Assembly (NCBI GenBank): GCA_951406725.2
Contig: OX597814.1
Coordinates: 206,584,001-206,648,000, forward strand
Length of the DNA: 64,000 bases
Reading direction: 5' to 3'
Source of the DNA: Octopus vulgaris
Lineage: Eukaryota
How positions within the stretch are numbered: the stretch's first letter is position 1; each line of letters starts with the position of its first letter. The notes under the pieces are model-generated. The model did no database searches. It saw only the letters and a list, made by a program, of their open reading frames with translations, and had not been told where the DNA came from. The position numbers and the translations under genes were made by a program. Positions 50,801 through 59,489 of this stretch are shown in pieces.

Positions 50801-53800
50801 AAAATTTATTTGCAAATTAGATCTGTCTGAAGCCTATTTACAGATGAAAGTAATTAAAAATATACTCAAAGTATTTGACACAGAGGATTGTATAGGTACA
50901 CGCTATTACCTTTTGGATTAAAAGTTGCACCAGCAATATTTCAGCAAATCATGGATGCTATGTTATCTGATTGTGAATTTGCTATCCCGTACTCGGTCAA
51001 CATTTTGATTAAGAGTAATTCTTGTGAACAGCATGTGGAACACATTAAAGCTATGTTTAAGAAAAGTTTTGGGGTTCACTTTGAGTGAAGAAAAATGCGA
51101 ATTCTTTCTACCCCACATTAAATACTATGGGCAAATAGTTGATAAAAGTTGAAGAGATCTTGACCCATCAAGGGCAGACACAATAAGGAATATGCCTTTG
51201 CCAACAAATATTCCATCTTTACAAGCATTTCTCGGGTTGGCAAACAATTATCAAAACTACATTCCTAATATGTACAAGTTAAGAACACCATTGAACGACT
51301 TACCAAAAAAAGGGAGTAAAGTGGAATTGTCTCCCTGAATGCCAGAACACTTTTGAAGAAATTGTTAAACATTCTAACCTGAGACCTGTCGTTAGCACCT
51401 TACGATCCCAAAATGGACATCATTGCAGTGTTTGATGTTTCCGAGTACTGATGAGATGCAGTTCTACTTCATAAATACGAAGACGGAAGTACAAAACCAG
51501 TGGTTCCTGTTTCGAGTTAATAACAGCAGAGGAGAGATATAGTCCAATTGAAAAGGAGACCCCAGCAATTAATTTTGCAGTTAAAAAGGTCCACAGGTTT
51601 CTGCATGGCAGAAGGTTTTTATTGCAATCAGACCATTTGCTGTCAACTTATGGGTCTAAAAGAGGGTTACTGGCTCATACTGTGAACCGCTTGCAATATT
51701 CGGGTGTAATATTACTAAATTATAATTTCAAAATGAAATCCATTCCAATGAAAAAAATCCTTCCAGAATTAATTAAAAAAATATATAGAACCACTGGAAG
51801 AGACTGTTATAGCCACAGTTCTGGCAGAAAGTGAAAGTAAAAGTGTTACGACAAACGTTATCCAAGAACTACCAATGATAGCACAGGATACAAGAATGAA
51901 AGCTGTAAGTGATGAGTATATTACAGAAATGAAAGAAGCTTTAAAAAATGAACGGAACAAAAATTCAGATGTCAGTAGTTTTTCAATCTGCAACGATATT
52001 CTGATGTATTCCCAAAGACTGGTGGTTCCACCTTCATTACAAAAAAAAAAGGTGTGTTGCAACAATTTCATAGCGGACATCCCGGAATGGCAAGGATGAA
52101 AGGTCTGATGTGGAGTTATATCTATTGATCATGTATGGACTGAGATATCGAAAACTTGTTGAAAACATAGGGAGGTTGTGCACTCGAAGCCAAAGCCCCA
52201 CTGGTAAAATATCACTTGTGACCAGAAATGGTGGAGCCATGGTGTAGGCTACACATTGACTATGATGGACTGGTAAATGGCGCTTACTACCTCATCATGG
52301 CAGATAGCTGTACTAAGTGGCCAGAGGTTTGCAGGTGCTATAGACAAACCTCTAAGACAATTATAAGGTTTTTATACAAATTGTTTGTATGATATGGTAA
52401 CCATGACATGCTAGTTTCTGATATTGGGATGCAGTTCTCTGGGTACAAATTCAAGAACTTCTGTAAAAGAGATGAGATAAAGCATATTTTCACTCCACCC
52501 TACTACCTGAGGTCAAGCGGGCAGGTAGAACGCTTTGTGGACACCTTTAAAAGAGTGTTAAGGAAAGCAGGGAATGAATCAAAATGTCATTAACTGTGGT
52601 AGACCGGTGTGTTTATTCTTCCTGTTTTGGGGTGGGGGACAGCTCAAATGAATTTATTTTTCTGTCAAAAGTTGTTTGCATTTTCCCCGTCACCATTGGA
52701 GAAAGCCGAACAGAACATGGTGAGGCCTATATGTGAAAGAGGGGGAGAGATCGAGGCTCAAATACAAAATGCTTTAGGTTCTGTCTAATGACATACACAT
52801 AAATACATTCTTATATATTTATGATGATGATGATGATCATAAAATTTCAGTAACAGCTTTTGAAAAAATACAATAAAAGTAACGAGAACAGAATGCATCA
52901 TCTTCATCACCATCATCTCCATCACCACCACCACCACCACCACCACCACCACCACCACAACCCATGTGCAATAGAATTTGTGGAGTTAGATATTCTATGG
53001 CTTGACGCATTTCCTGTCACCAACCCTCACCCCATTCCAAGGGAAGTAACTATTTCTGCATTTTAAAGAACATCACAAACTATTAGAAACAAAGGACACT
53101 GCTTGCATAACAGGGACACTCGTTTACAGCTAAGAAATAATGTAAAGGCAAGGAGACACACACACATATGTATGAATGGCGTCTCTCATTTACTGCCTAC
53201 CAGACTCAATCACAGAGCTTTGATTGGCCTAAGGCTATAGTTAAAGACACTTGCTCAAGGTGCCATACATTGAGACTGAACCTAAATCAAGGTAATTAAA
53301 AGTAATAGCAACAGAAGCAGTATTAATACCAAAAGCAATCTTTATATCCAACTAAATGTGGATGTTGTGTTAGAACCTCAAATACTGCCTTATTTACCTT
53401 GAGAGGACCTCTCATATGGACGTACGGTCCATAAATGCATGCAAATTTATATTGTTGGTAGACAACAATCATCTTCTAAAGGCACCAGAACTGCCAGATC
53501 ACGTATTTTCGCTCTGCTCAGGTTCATCAGTGACAGATACCCTGTAGCAACATAACAGCGAAATCTCCCTGTCAACGATATATAGACAGTGATGTCACAA
53601 ATAGCCTGAAGGCTTATTAAAGATAATTAATAGCAACAGAAGCAGTGTTAATACCAAAAGGCATTCTTTATGTCCATATGCTGTAATGAAGAAATTGGGG
53701 AAATTCCTGTCCACTGTAGAACTGTTTTTGAAGTTCTTTCTTTTTGAATCTTTTCTCTTTTCCTTTGTCATCTCTCTTATGAATGACCATGATCCTAATT

Positions 53801-54387
53801 GTTGGACCTCCTCCTTCTCCTTCTTGCTTACAATATGAAAATAATTACCTTGTTCTCTGCTGTTGTTCCTCAAATATTCTTGGCTACACAAGATGCACCA
53901 AAGAACCTCAACTTCAACATTCTTGATAGACATTTCAACAGCAAACACAAGACTCAGCAGTTTTAATCAGAATGGTGATTGGAGAGAAGAAACAATACAA
54001 CTTCAGCTACATGAAGACACCTTTGCCACATGTTTAACTTCACTAACACCACATCAGTGGTCAGTGTGGAAGGTTTTTCTGCCACATCCACTATAATACC
54101 ATGTCTCCCAGTAGACTGGAAGGTCGTGGATGGAATATCTTTGATCTGAGTGACAAAGTAATTTTCCTCATTTCCTTATTACTGATTAGAAAGAAATCAT
54201 TAAATATTTCAAATATTTTGTTTGTCTTTTGTTAAATTAAATCTCTTCTCTTTAAAAAAGCAAAAAATTAAACAAAAATGATTCTCATGGTTTTAAATTT
54301 TACAGAAATTTGAGGAATATCTCCAAAATAAAGACGAAAATGAAGGAATGACGAATAAACAGGAAAAGGAAGGATTTCATTCAAAAG
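2674..54387 (+). CDS. PARP14: PARP14/PARP9-like macrodomain protein gene, partial; spliced join of 9 exons (RRM-like x2-3, KH-like region, Macro1, Macro2); 5' start and 3' end lie outside the identified exons
   Basis: Nine exons with AG acceptors and GT donors join in frame (phases 1,1,1,1,1,0,0,0) with no stops. Macrodomain motifs [16 protein letters not shown] / HAVGP / AIPAISTGIYG are split across exons 3-5. A second macrodomain (VDVIVNST..AAG.EIQDEC..SLAFP) spans exons 6-9. The N-terminal LQSYFGSRKKSVGGDI motif is typical of PARP14-type RRMs. Orthology within PARP9/14/15 cannot be resolved without the catalytic domain. Confidence 0.85.
3015..3372 (-). mobile_element. tRNA-derived CORE-type SINE
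   Basis: Minus strand ggctgtgtgctaagaag...ggttctgggttcagtcccactgcatggcaccttgggtgag: A/B-box-like head plus CORE-like ccttgggcaagt; related copies near 2320, 6270, 24200, 40870, 53180. Confidence 0.7.
3815..4940 (+). mobile_element. Old RTE-clade LINE 3' remnant
   Basis: Decayed MLRWICNVSV..RLHWFGHV coding end followed by 3' UTR with gttggcattaggaggggcatcc. Confidence 0.55.
6266..6426 (-). mobile_element. tRNA-derived CORE-type SINE head
   Basis: Same family as 3015-3372 (ggtgtggctgtgtggtaagatggttgcttcccagccatatggttctgggttcagtcc). Confidence 0.7.
6591..6824 (+). CDS. PARP14: PARP14-like exon (RRM-like module), phase 1-1
   Basis: tttattgcag|ATTTTG...GCGTGTG|gtaagt; FEDVQRMCQNNPLKGNQLKVDRI...SVQVKNV...LQSYFGSRKKSVGGDISSV...YIISFKE; 234 nt. 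Confidence 0.85.
6905..7420 (-). mobile_element. R4/Dong-like (RLE) LINE 3' remnant
   Basis: Decayed KILWDF..KPGLVVVDK..IGALGTV-type endonuclease sequence on the minus strand. Confidence 0.55.
7890..8910 (-). mobile_element. R4/Dong-like LINE reverse transcriptase fragment (pseudogene)
   Basis: GIFQGDNLSPLLFVLAMTPL...INHLLFMDDIKVY...GMEFGIEKCAIL; frameshifted. Confidence 0.85.
8935..11900 (-). mobile_element. Chapaev-like (CMC/Transib-related) DNA transposon remnant, split by an RTE insertion at about 9878-11280
   Basis: Minus-strand motifs in order EWRLFMDSSKRSLKVVFLHNGNKY (11300-11500), LLPLLHIKLDLVKQFIK (about 9700), IFVGP..FLGNNKLSNY..HFLHSHL (9420-9650), MLVDYCWT (about 9290); family name from recollected motifs. 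Confidence 0.7.
9878..11280 (-). mobile_element. 5'-truncated RTE LINE with long purine/pyrimidine-skewed 3' UTR and (GAT)n tail
   Basis: RKFRELLPLLATKGLSL..KVKGRLYGACV coding end; (cat)n tail at 9878-9895. Confidence 0.8.
11930..14010 (+). mobile_element. RTE-type 3' end element split by the CR1 insertion (parts 11930-12180 and 13696-14010)
   Basis: The two halves are collinear with the uninterrupted copy at 42490-42981; (gat)n tail near 14000. Confidence 0.8.
12181..13695 (-). mobile_element. 5'-truncated CR1-group LINE with near-intact RT ORF (12264-13658)
   Basis: [79 protein letters not shown]; short 3' UTR and (AACT)n tail; FADD motif damaged (QHTDDVKL). Confidence 0.92.
14281..15722 (+). 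mobile_element. 5'-truncated RTE LINE (RT, Cys-rich insert, 3' UTR, (GAT)n tail)
   Basis: LEKAFD..VGVHQGS..CPWELLYVDDL..WPCSICRKGVGRNSIRCTHCKLWTHKRCS..FCYLGD; stops present. Confidence 0.88.
15890..16770 (-). mobile_element. R4/Dong-like LINE fragment
   Basis: SNLNARNKISA..VVQYGSGILKWTKENLKEMDRKSRKLLTMHGAHHP..GGRGLISVED. Confidence 0.8.
17718..18070 (+). mobile_element. RTE-type 3' end element (SINE-like)
   Basis: gtggcacataaaaaacacc repeats, gagtggttggcattaggaagggcatccagctg, (gat)n tail. Confidence 0.8.
18168..19217 (-). mobile_element. Two tandem copies (18168-18472 internally deleted; 18660-19217) of a non-coding element embedded in (TAA)n; partial third copy at 7509-7625 (+)
   Basis: Shared gagtgagagagcagtgcatgccatc...ctgataagggtacacc...aatatttgctgtag; wherever this terminus is present it abuts a (TAA)n/(TTA)n-type microsatellite. 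Confidence 0.75.
19297..19510 (+). mobile_element. Extremely 5'-truncated R4/Dong-like LINE in (AAT)n
   Basis: TPGLTNTYNIQKIALLGTAHILRRTLSIQ* plus short 3' UTR, with (AAT)n on both sides. Confidence 0.75.
19630..19850 (+). mobile_element. tRNA-derived SINE (second family) that seeds the 115-bp array
   Basis: ggtggtgaaatggcagaatagtta..gagttcaaattc (B box)..ccctttgggggtcgataaaataagtaccag; other copies at 5115-5210 (+), 26090-26217 (-), 32040-32250 (-). Confidence 0.75.
19753..22620. repeat. Tandem array, 115-bp unit, about 25 copies
   Basis: Unit ggtcaataaaataagtaccagttgagcactggggttgatgtaattgacttagccactctcctgaaattgctggccttgtgccaaaatttgaaaccaaaattccagtgatgtttat recurs every ~115 nt. Confidence 0.97.
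22830..24158 (+). CDS. PARP14: PARP14-like large exon (RRM end, KH-like region, start of macrodomain 1), phase 1-1
   Basis: Polypyrimidine tract plus atttag|TTGTG; 443-codon open frame ending [38 protein letters not shown]; donor G|gttagt. Confidence 0.92.
24200..24560 (+). mobile_element. CORE-type SINE immediately downstream of exon 3
   Basis: tgtgtggttgaaaagcttgcttcc..ggttcaattccac..ttggacaagtgtcttctg. Confidence 0.65.
25665..26090 (-). mobile_element. RTE-type 3' end element
   Basis: (cat)n-cgtttaatgtccg..ctacagctggatgcccttcctaac..internal gtgccac repeats. Confidence 0.8.
26303..28230 (-). mobile_element. Non-autonomous Helitron candidate
   Basis: Minus strand begins A|TCTATCTATATATAAATGAG at 28230 and ends with hairpin CCCGG-gcaaca-CCGGG, 8 nt, then CTAG|T at 26303: canonical 5'-TC, 3' hairpin-CTRR and A/T target. 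Confidence 0.6.
28262..29220 (+). mobile_element. RTE composite: short 3' end (28262-28354), inverted RT fragment (28400-28675, minus) and plus-strand 3' end (28693-29220)
   Basis: Similarity to the other RTE copies in the window; (gat)n tails near 28350 and 29215. Confidence 0.75.
29276..29524 (+). CDS. PARP14: PARP14-like exon (macrodomain 1 core), phase 1-1
   Basis: tctttgcag|GTGGGCCT...ACAG|gtaaga; GGPEIQTES...GEVVSTKAGKLKCKTIIHAVGPVW...SVAIPAIST. Confidence 0.92.
29730..31810. repeat. Degenerate 18-bp minisatellite (ttagaagtctcatttttg) with a homogeneous 54-bp trimer block at about 29771-30040; interrupted by an RTE 3' end at 31200-31610; weak traces at 32630-32790
   Basis: 18-nt periodicity visible directly; 5 near-identical 54-mers. 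Confidence 0.9.
31200..31610 (+). mobile_element. RTE-type 3' end element with four ~60-bp internal repeats
   Basis: gtggcacgtaaaaagcacc x4; (gat)n tail. Confidence 0.85.
32040..32250 (-). mobile_element. tRNA-derived SINE (same family as 19630)
   Basis: Minus strand gagctggcagaaacgttagcgtgccagg..ctgagttcaaattcc..cctttcatcctttcagggttgataaattaagtacc. Confidence 0.75.
32390..32500 (-). mobile_element. pogo/Tigger-like transposase C-terminal fragment
   Basis: Minus strand VRSF/KCGISNALGGTEDD, matching the pogo-type KCGISNALDGTEDD motif. Confidence 0.55.
32793..36350 (-). mobile_element. Nearly full-length but decayed RTE LINE (APE endonuclease, RT, 3' UTR, tail)
   Basis: VVTVNVGTLKG..GVGILLAKKWVDKVIDVVRV..SQIDFIL (APE); KAPGPTGI..NNYRGIKLL..MAFVDLEKAFDR..VHQGS (RT); (cat)n at 32793-32820. 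Confidence 0.9.
36844..39270 (-). mobile_element. 5'-truncated RTE LINE (subfamily with long 3' UTR, like 9878-11280)
   Basis: QFGFVPGKSTTDAIFLVRQLQEKY..GVYQGSVLNPLLF..ELLYADDL. Confidence 0.88.
39550..40212 (-). mobile_element. 5'-truncated R4/Dong-like LINE; intact RLE endonuclease C-terminus, inserted in (TAA)n
   Basis: RHDRVGQYLHW..ILWDFPVHTDRTIKANKPDIVVKD..LIDMSIP..KLRKYKDL..IPVIIGALG..QKIVLTGTSHVLRRAL*; (TTA)n on both flanks. Confidence 0.9.
40574..40753 (+). CDS. PARP14: PARP14-like exon (macrodomain 1 C-terminus), phase 1-1
   Basis: tttattacag|GTATTTATGGT...AGAG|gtagga; GIYGIPIEEGTKCTVTAIKEYL...IKHICLID...IRAFKRHL completes the STGIYG loop. Confidence 0.9.
41286..41431 (-). ncRNA. 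Structured RNA-like element containing hammerhead ribozyme core strands in rearranged order (candidate)
   Basis: 11-bp closing inverted repeat (41286-41296/41421-41431), internal hairpin (41377-41414), minus-strand GCAA-UU-UCAAGA, UCAGCC-GAAA-UUGC and UCUUGA-CUGAUGA-CUGA; sits in a ~280-bp element between (TA)n tracts. Confidence 0.4.
41559..41601 (-). ncRNA. Decayed minimal type I hammerhead (Penelope pLTR-like relic)
   Basis: ACUU-UUGAUAA-uCUUUU..AAAAGu-GAAAC-UG-GUC-AAGU followed by AATAAA; core CUGAUGA is mutated at two positions. Confidence 0.45.
42490..42981 (+). mobile_element. RTE-type 3' end element
   Basis: Same family as 17718 and 31200; tail runs into the microsatellite. Confidence 0.85.
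42981..43152. repeat. Compound (TATG)n microsatellite with a ~40-bp higher-order unit
   Basis: tatatttgtttgtatgtatg recurs 4 times. Confidence 0.9.
43580..44715 (+). mobile_element. Tc1/mariner superfamily (maT/DD37D-like) transposon remnant
   Basis: IWFFLDEKNF..NRRNDR..HTKFPTSVMVLGVVSNEG..YVFQQDSAPSH..WPPNSTNLNPLDYYVWS across frameshifts. Confidence 0.85.
45070..46430 (-). mobile_element. 5'-truncated, relatively young RTE LINE
   Basis: MLHGSETWAVTAEDMCKLARNEAS..QERRLRWYGHV..GRGRPRKT; 3' UTR and (cat)n tail. Confidence 0.9.
46902..47038 (+). CDS. PARP14: PARP14-like exon (linker and first strand of macrodomain 2), phase 1-0; not in ORF track
   Basis: tttattttcag|GAACCACA...GCATCT|gtgagt; GTTSFNASLLGLQQKAAPMTPRTNMASRENDGIKIQLMIDSISNAS; bridges phase 1 to phase 0 exactly as required. 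Confidence 0.82.
47320..47547 (+). CDS. PARP14: PARP14-like exon (macrodomain 2), phase 0-0; true frame is not the one in the ORF track
   Basis: cttttgtag|GTTGATGTC...GATTCA|gtaagt; VDVIVNSTNKNLQLNIGSLSKYILFAAGSEIQDECSQKYPQGISTSEIAITKGYNLKCKNVFHLALPPWDENSSDS. Confidence 0.9.
48158..48385 (+). CDS. PARP14: PARP14-like exon (macrodomain 2 C-terminal half), phase 0-0
   Basis: ttttttttag|ACTCTG...GCAAAG|gttggt; TLANLTQIITICLENAERMGAKSLAFPILGAEMKYP...IKDVYFAVLPEEDREIAK. Confidence 0.9.
48480..48900 (-). mobile_element. R4/Dong-like RT fragment just downstream of exon 8
   Basis: ETELDSLIQSVQIFVNDIKMEFGLSKCATVVM. Confidence 0.7.
49330..52600 (+). mobile_element. Ty3/Gypsy LTR retrotransposon internal region, pseudogenised (gag knuckles-PR-RT-RH-IN)
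   Basis: CYGYGGLHYEKDC..CYSCHKLGHRSSHC; LQLDSGSD; CVDFS..KLDLSEAYLQ; LPFGLKVAPAIFQQIMD; PWCRLHIDY; LVSDIGMQF..SSGQVERFVDTFKR; many frameshifts; no paired LTRs seen. Confidence 0.9.
53491..53536 (-). ncRNA. Type I hammerhead-like motif, imperfect (duplicate at 58669-58714)
   Basis: CUGUCA-CUGAUGA-accugagcagagc-GAAA-auacgug-AUC-UGGCAG: 6-bp stem I and intact core; stems II and III have mismatches. Confidence 0.5.
54306..54387 (+). CDS. PARP14: PARP14-like exon (macrodomain 2 last helix and linker), phase 0-1
   Basis: aattttacag|AAATTTGAG...TCAAAAG|gtaaac; KFEEYLQNKDENEGMTNKQEKEGFHSK continues REIAK as the expected terminal helix. Confidence 0.75.
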
Positions 54388-54496
54388 GTAAACAATTTGT
54401 TTGTTGATATTGAATATTATGGTGTTTTGTCATACCGTCTCTATTAAACACTGTTTATTATAAATATGATTAATGTTAATATCATTATTATCATTC

Positions 54497-54932
54497 TGTG
54501 CCAGTGGCACATAAAAAGCACCACCCGACTGTGGCCGTTGCCAGCACCGCCCGACTGGCCTCTGTGCTGGTGGCACGTAAAAAGCACCATCCGATCGTGG
54601 CTGTTGCCAGCTTCACCTGGCCCCCGTGCCGGTGGACGTAAAAAGTACCATCCGTCCATGACCGTTTGCCAGCCCCGTCTGGCATCTGTCCCGGTGGCAC
54701 ATAAAAAGCACCATCCGATCGTGGCCGTTGCCAGCCCCGTCTGGCACCTGTGCCGGTGGCACGTAAAAAGCAGCCACTACACTCACGGAGTGGTTGGCGT
54801 TAGGAAGGGCATCCAGCCATAGAAACACTGCCAGATCAGACTGCGCCTGGTGCAGCCTTCTGGCTTCCCAGACCCTAGTTGAACGGTCCAACCCATGCTA
54901 GCATGGAAAGCGGACACTAAATAATGATGATG
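54497..54932 (+). mobile_element. RTE-type 3' end element with five ~60-bp internal repeats (duplicate at 59680-60117)
   Basis: gtggcac(g/a)taaaaagcacc repeats; conserved 3' terminus. Confidence 0.85.
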
Positions 54933-54959
54933 ATTATTATTAATTATTAATGATTAATG

Positions 54960-54994
<35 letters not shown>

Positions 54995-55382
54995 TATTAT
55001 TTTGATTGCTATTATTGTTATAGATGTGGCACAGTATACAATATCGTGAGATTGTTGATCGAAGATATTGTGTCTACTCGGGGTTTGCAGTGTTTGTCAA
55101 GTCACAAGAAGGACCTCAGGCAGACAATACTTTACACAATTCCAAGTAATGCTGACTTTTGCAATACATCTAGATTGCAGGGTATCTCTAAGGACTTCAG
55201 ATATTTTTTCAGATTGGATGGTATTGAACCCAATGCTACGATGACAATAGGGATAACCTTTATGTTCGACTCTTCTACCTGCCACATCTTAGCAATCTCA
55301 ATTCTCAGCTCTCCGTATTTATCAACCTTTTTCTCTTTATTTCATGATGATGTGTTGATCTCCTGGCCCTGCCAAATCGATT

Positions 55383-55482
55383 NNNNNNNNNNNNNNNNNN
55401 NNNNNNNNNNNNNNNNNNNNNNNNNNNNNNNNNNNNNNNNNNNNNNNNNNNNNNNNNNNNNNNNNNNNNNNNNNNNNNNNNN
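55383..55482. other. Assembly gap (100 N)
   Basis: Run of n characters. Confidence 1.
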
Positions 55483-57790
55483 ACGTCACATTCCGAGGAG
55501 AGACACATGAAGCAAAATTATTCATCTGTTTGGTACAGATTGGCTAGAACTGTTCAATTTATTGTACCTCCCTGTAAATCTTTACTGCAATAAAATAAAT
55601 GGTTGTCACGTTAAAAACAAGTCTACAGAAGAAGTGAAGGAAAAATTGAAAAAACAAATGTTCCTGCAAGTGTTATCAGAGGATTTAGGTCTATATAGAA
55701 AGATGGAAGCCTATTTTCAAATGAGTGAAAACGTACCTGTATTTAAAGCAAAAGGAAAAGTTCCATTTGTGGCAATTGAAACTGCAAATGAAGAGTTGGA
55801 CAGACTCGAAAAGAGTGGAGTCATCAAAAAGGTGGATTACTCGAAGTGGGCGGCATCCATGGTATGCATTTAAAAAAAAACAACATAAGATTAGTTTGTG
55901 TGTCGATTTCTCTATGGGATTCATCGATTGCTTAAAAACATACCAGCATCCATTCCCGACTGCAGAGAACATTTTTTCAAAGTTAAATGGGAGAAAATTT
56001 TTTTCCAAATTAGATCTGTCTGAAGCCTATTTACAGATGAAAGTAATTAAAAATATACTCAAAGTATTTGACACACTTGATTGTATAGATACACGCTATT
56101 ACCTTTTGGATTTAAAGTTGCACCAGCAATATTTCAGCAAATCATGGATGCTATGTTATCTGATTGTGAATTTGCTATCCCGTACTCGGTCAACATTTTG
56201 ATTAAGAGTAATTCTTGTGAACAGCATGTGGAACACATTAAAGCTATGTTTAAGAAAAGTTTTGGGGTTCAATTTGAGTGAAGAAAAATGCGAATTCTTT
56301 CTACCCCATATTAAATACTATGGGCAAATAGTTGATAAAAGTTGTAGAGATCTTGACCCATCAAGGGCAGACACAATAAGGAATATGCCTTTGCCAACAA
56401 ATATTCCATCTTTACAAGCATTTCTCGGGTTGGCAAACAATTATCAAAACTACATTCCTAATATGTACAAGTTAAGAACACCATTGAACGACTTACTAAA
56501 AAAAGGGAGTAAAGTGGAATTGTCTCCCTAAATGCCAGAACACTTTTGAAGAAATTGTTAAACATTCTAATCTGAGACCTGTCGTTAGCACCTTACGATC
56601 CCAAAATGGACATCATTGCAGTGTTTGATGCTTCCGAGTACTGATTAGATGCAGTTCTACTTCATAAATACGAAGACGGAAGTACAAAACCAGTGGTTCC
56701 TGTTTCGAGCTAATAACAGCAGAGGAGAGATATAGTCCAATTGAAAAGGAGACCCTAGCAATTAAGTTTGCAGTTAAAAAGGTCCACAGGTTTCTGCATG
56801 GCAGAAGGTTTTTATTGCAATCAGACCATTTGCTGTCAATTTACGGGTCTAAAAGAGGGTTACTGGCTCATACTGTGAACCGCTTGCAATATTCGGGTGT
56901 AATATTACTAAATTATAATTTCAAAATGAAATCCATTCCAATGAAAAAAATCCTTCCGGAATTAATTAAAAAAATATATAGAACCACTGGAAGAGACTGT
57001 TATAGACATAGTTCTGGCAGAAAGCGAAAGTAAAAGTGTTACGACAAACGTTATCCAAGAACTACCAATGATAGCACAGGATCCAAGAATGAAAGCTGTA
57101 AGTGATGAGCATATTACAGAAATGAAAGAAGCTTTCAAAAATGAACGGAACAAAAATTCAGATGTCAGTAGTTTTTCAATCTGCAACGATATTCTGATGT
57201 ATTCCCAAAGACTGGTGGTTCCAACTTCATTACAAAAAAAGGTGTGTTGCAACAATTTCATAGCGGACATCCCGGAATGGCAAGGATGAAGGGTCTGATG
57301 TGGAGTTATATCTATTGATCATGTATGGACTGAGATATCGAAAACTTGTTGAAAACATAGGGAGGTTGTGCACTCAAAGCCAAAGCCGAACTGGTAAAAT
57401 ATCACTTGTGACCAGAAATGGTGGAGCCATGGTGTAGGCTACACATTGACTATGATGGACTGGTAAATGGCGCTTACTACCTCATCATGGCAGATAGCTG
57501 TACTAAGTGGCCAGAGGTTTGCAGGTGCTATAGACAAACCTCTAAGACAATTATAAGGTTTTTATACAAATTGTTTGTATGATATGGTAACCATGACATG
57601 CTAGTTTCTGATATTGGGATGCAGTTCTCTGGGTACAAATTCAAGAACTTCTGTAAAAGAGATGAGATAAAGCATATTTTCACTCCACCCTACTACCTGA
57701 GGTCAAGCGGGCAGGTAGAACGCTTTGTGGACACCTTTAAAAGAGTGTTAAGAGAAGCAGGGAATGAATCAAAATGTCATTAACTGCGGT
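55483..57790 (+). mobile_element. Second copy of the Gypsy RT-RH-IN remnant (in the duplicated block)
   Basis: Near-identical to 50292-52600. Confidence 0.9.
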
Positions 57791-59489
57791 TGACCGGTGT
57801 GTTTATTCTTCCTGTTTTGGGATGGGGGAAAGCTCAAATGAATTTATTTTTCTGTCAAAAGTTGTTTGCATTTTCCCCGTCACCATTGGAGAAAGCCGAA
57901 CAGAACATGGTGAGGCCTATATGTGAAAGAGGGGGAGAGATCGAGGCTCAAATACAAAATGCTTTAGGTTCTGTCTAATGACATACACATAAATACATTC
58001 TTATATATTTATGATGATGATGATGATCATAAAATTTCAGTAACAGCTTTTGAAAAAATACAATAAAAGTAACGAGAACAGAATGCATCCTCTTCATCAC
58101 CATCATCTCCGTCACCACCACCACCACCACGACCACAACCCATGTGCAATAGAATTTGTGGAGTTAGATATTCTATGGCTTGATGCCTTTCCTGTCACCA
58201 ACCCTCACCCCATTCCAAGGGAGGTAACTATTTCTGCATTTTAAAGAACATCACAAAATATTAGAAACAAAGGACACTGCTTGCATAACAGGGACACTCG
58301 TTTACAGCTAACAAATAATGTAAAGGCAAGGAGACACACACACATATGTATGACAGGCTTATCTCATTTACTGCCTGTCAGACCCAATCACAAAGCTTTG
58401 ATTGGCCTAAGGCTATAGTTAAAGACACTTGCTCAAGGTGCCATACATTGAGACTGAACCTAAATCAAGGTAATTAAAAGTAATAGCAACAGAAGCAGTA
58501 TTAATACCAAAAGCAATCTTTATATCCAACTAAATGTGGATGTTGTGTTAGAACCTCAAATACTGCCTTATTTACCTTGAGAGGACCTCTCATATGGACG
58601 TACGGTCCATAAATGCATGCAAATTTATATTGTTGGTAGACAACAATCATCTTCTAAAGGCACCAGAACTGCCAGATCACGTATTTTCGCTCTGCTCAGG
58701 TTCATCAGTGACAGACACCCTGTAGCAACATAACAGCCAAATCTCCCTGTCAACGATATATAGACACTGATGTCACAAATAGCCTGAAGTCTTATTAAAG
58801 ATAATTAATAGCAACAGAAGCAGTGTTAATAGCAAAAGGCATTCTTTATGTCCATATGCTGTAATGAAGAAATTGGGGAAATTCCTGTCCAATGTAGAAC
58901 TGTTTGTGAAGTTCTTTCTTTTTGAATCTTTTCTCTTTTCGTTTGTCATCTCTCTTATGAATGACCATGATCCTAATTGTTGGACCTCCTCTACCTCCTC
59001 CTTCTTGCTTATAATATCAAAAAATAATTACCTTGTACTCTGCTTTTGTTGCTCAAATATTCTTGGCTACACAAGATGCACCAAAGAACCTCAACTTCAA
59101 CATTCTTGATAGACATTTCAACAGCAAACACAAGACTCAGCAGTTTTAATCAGAATGGTGAGTGGAGAGAAGAAACAATACAACTTCAGCTACATGAAGA
59201 CACCATTGCCACATGTTTAACTTCACTAACACCACATCAGTGGTCAGTGTGGAAGGTTTTTCTTCCACATCCACTATAACACCATGTCTCCCAGTAGACT
59301 GGAAGGTCGTGGATGGAATATCTTTGATCTGAGTGACAAAGTAATTTTCCTCATTTCCTTATTACTGATTAGAAAGAAATCATTAAATATTTTAAATATT
59401 TTGTTTGTCTTTTGTTAAATTAAATCTCTTCTCTTTAAAAAAAGCAAAAAACTAAACAAAAATGATTCTCATGGTTTGAAATTTTACAG

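Noticed and set aside
52860-53066. Poly-His ORF
   Set aside because: It is a (CAC/CAT)n tail of a minus-strand repeat, and its length differs in the duplicate copy.
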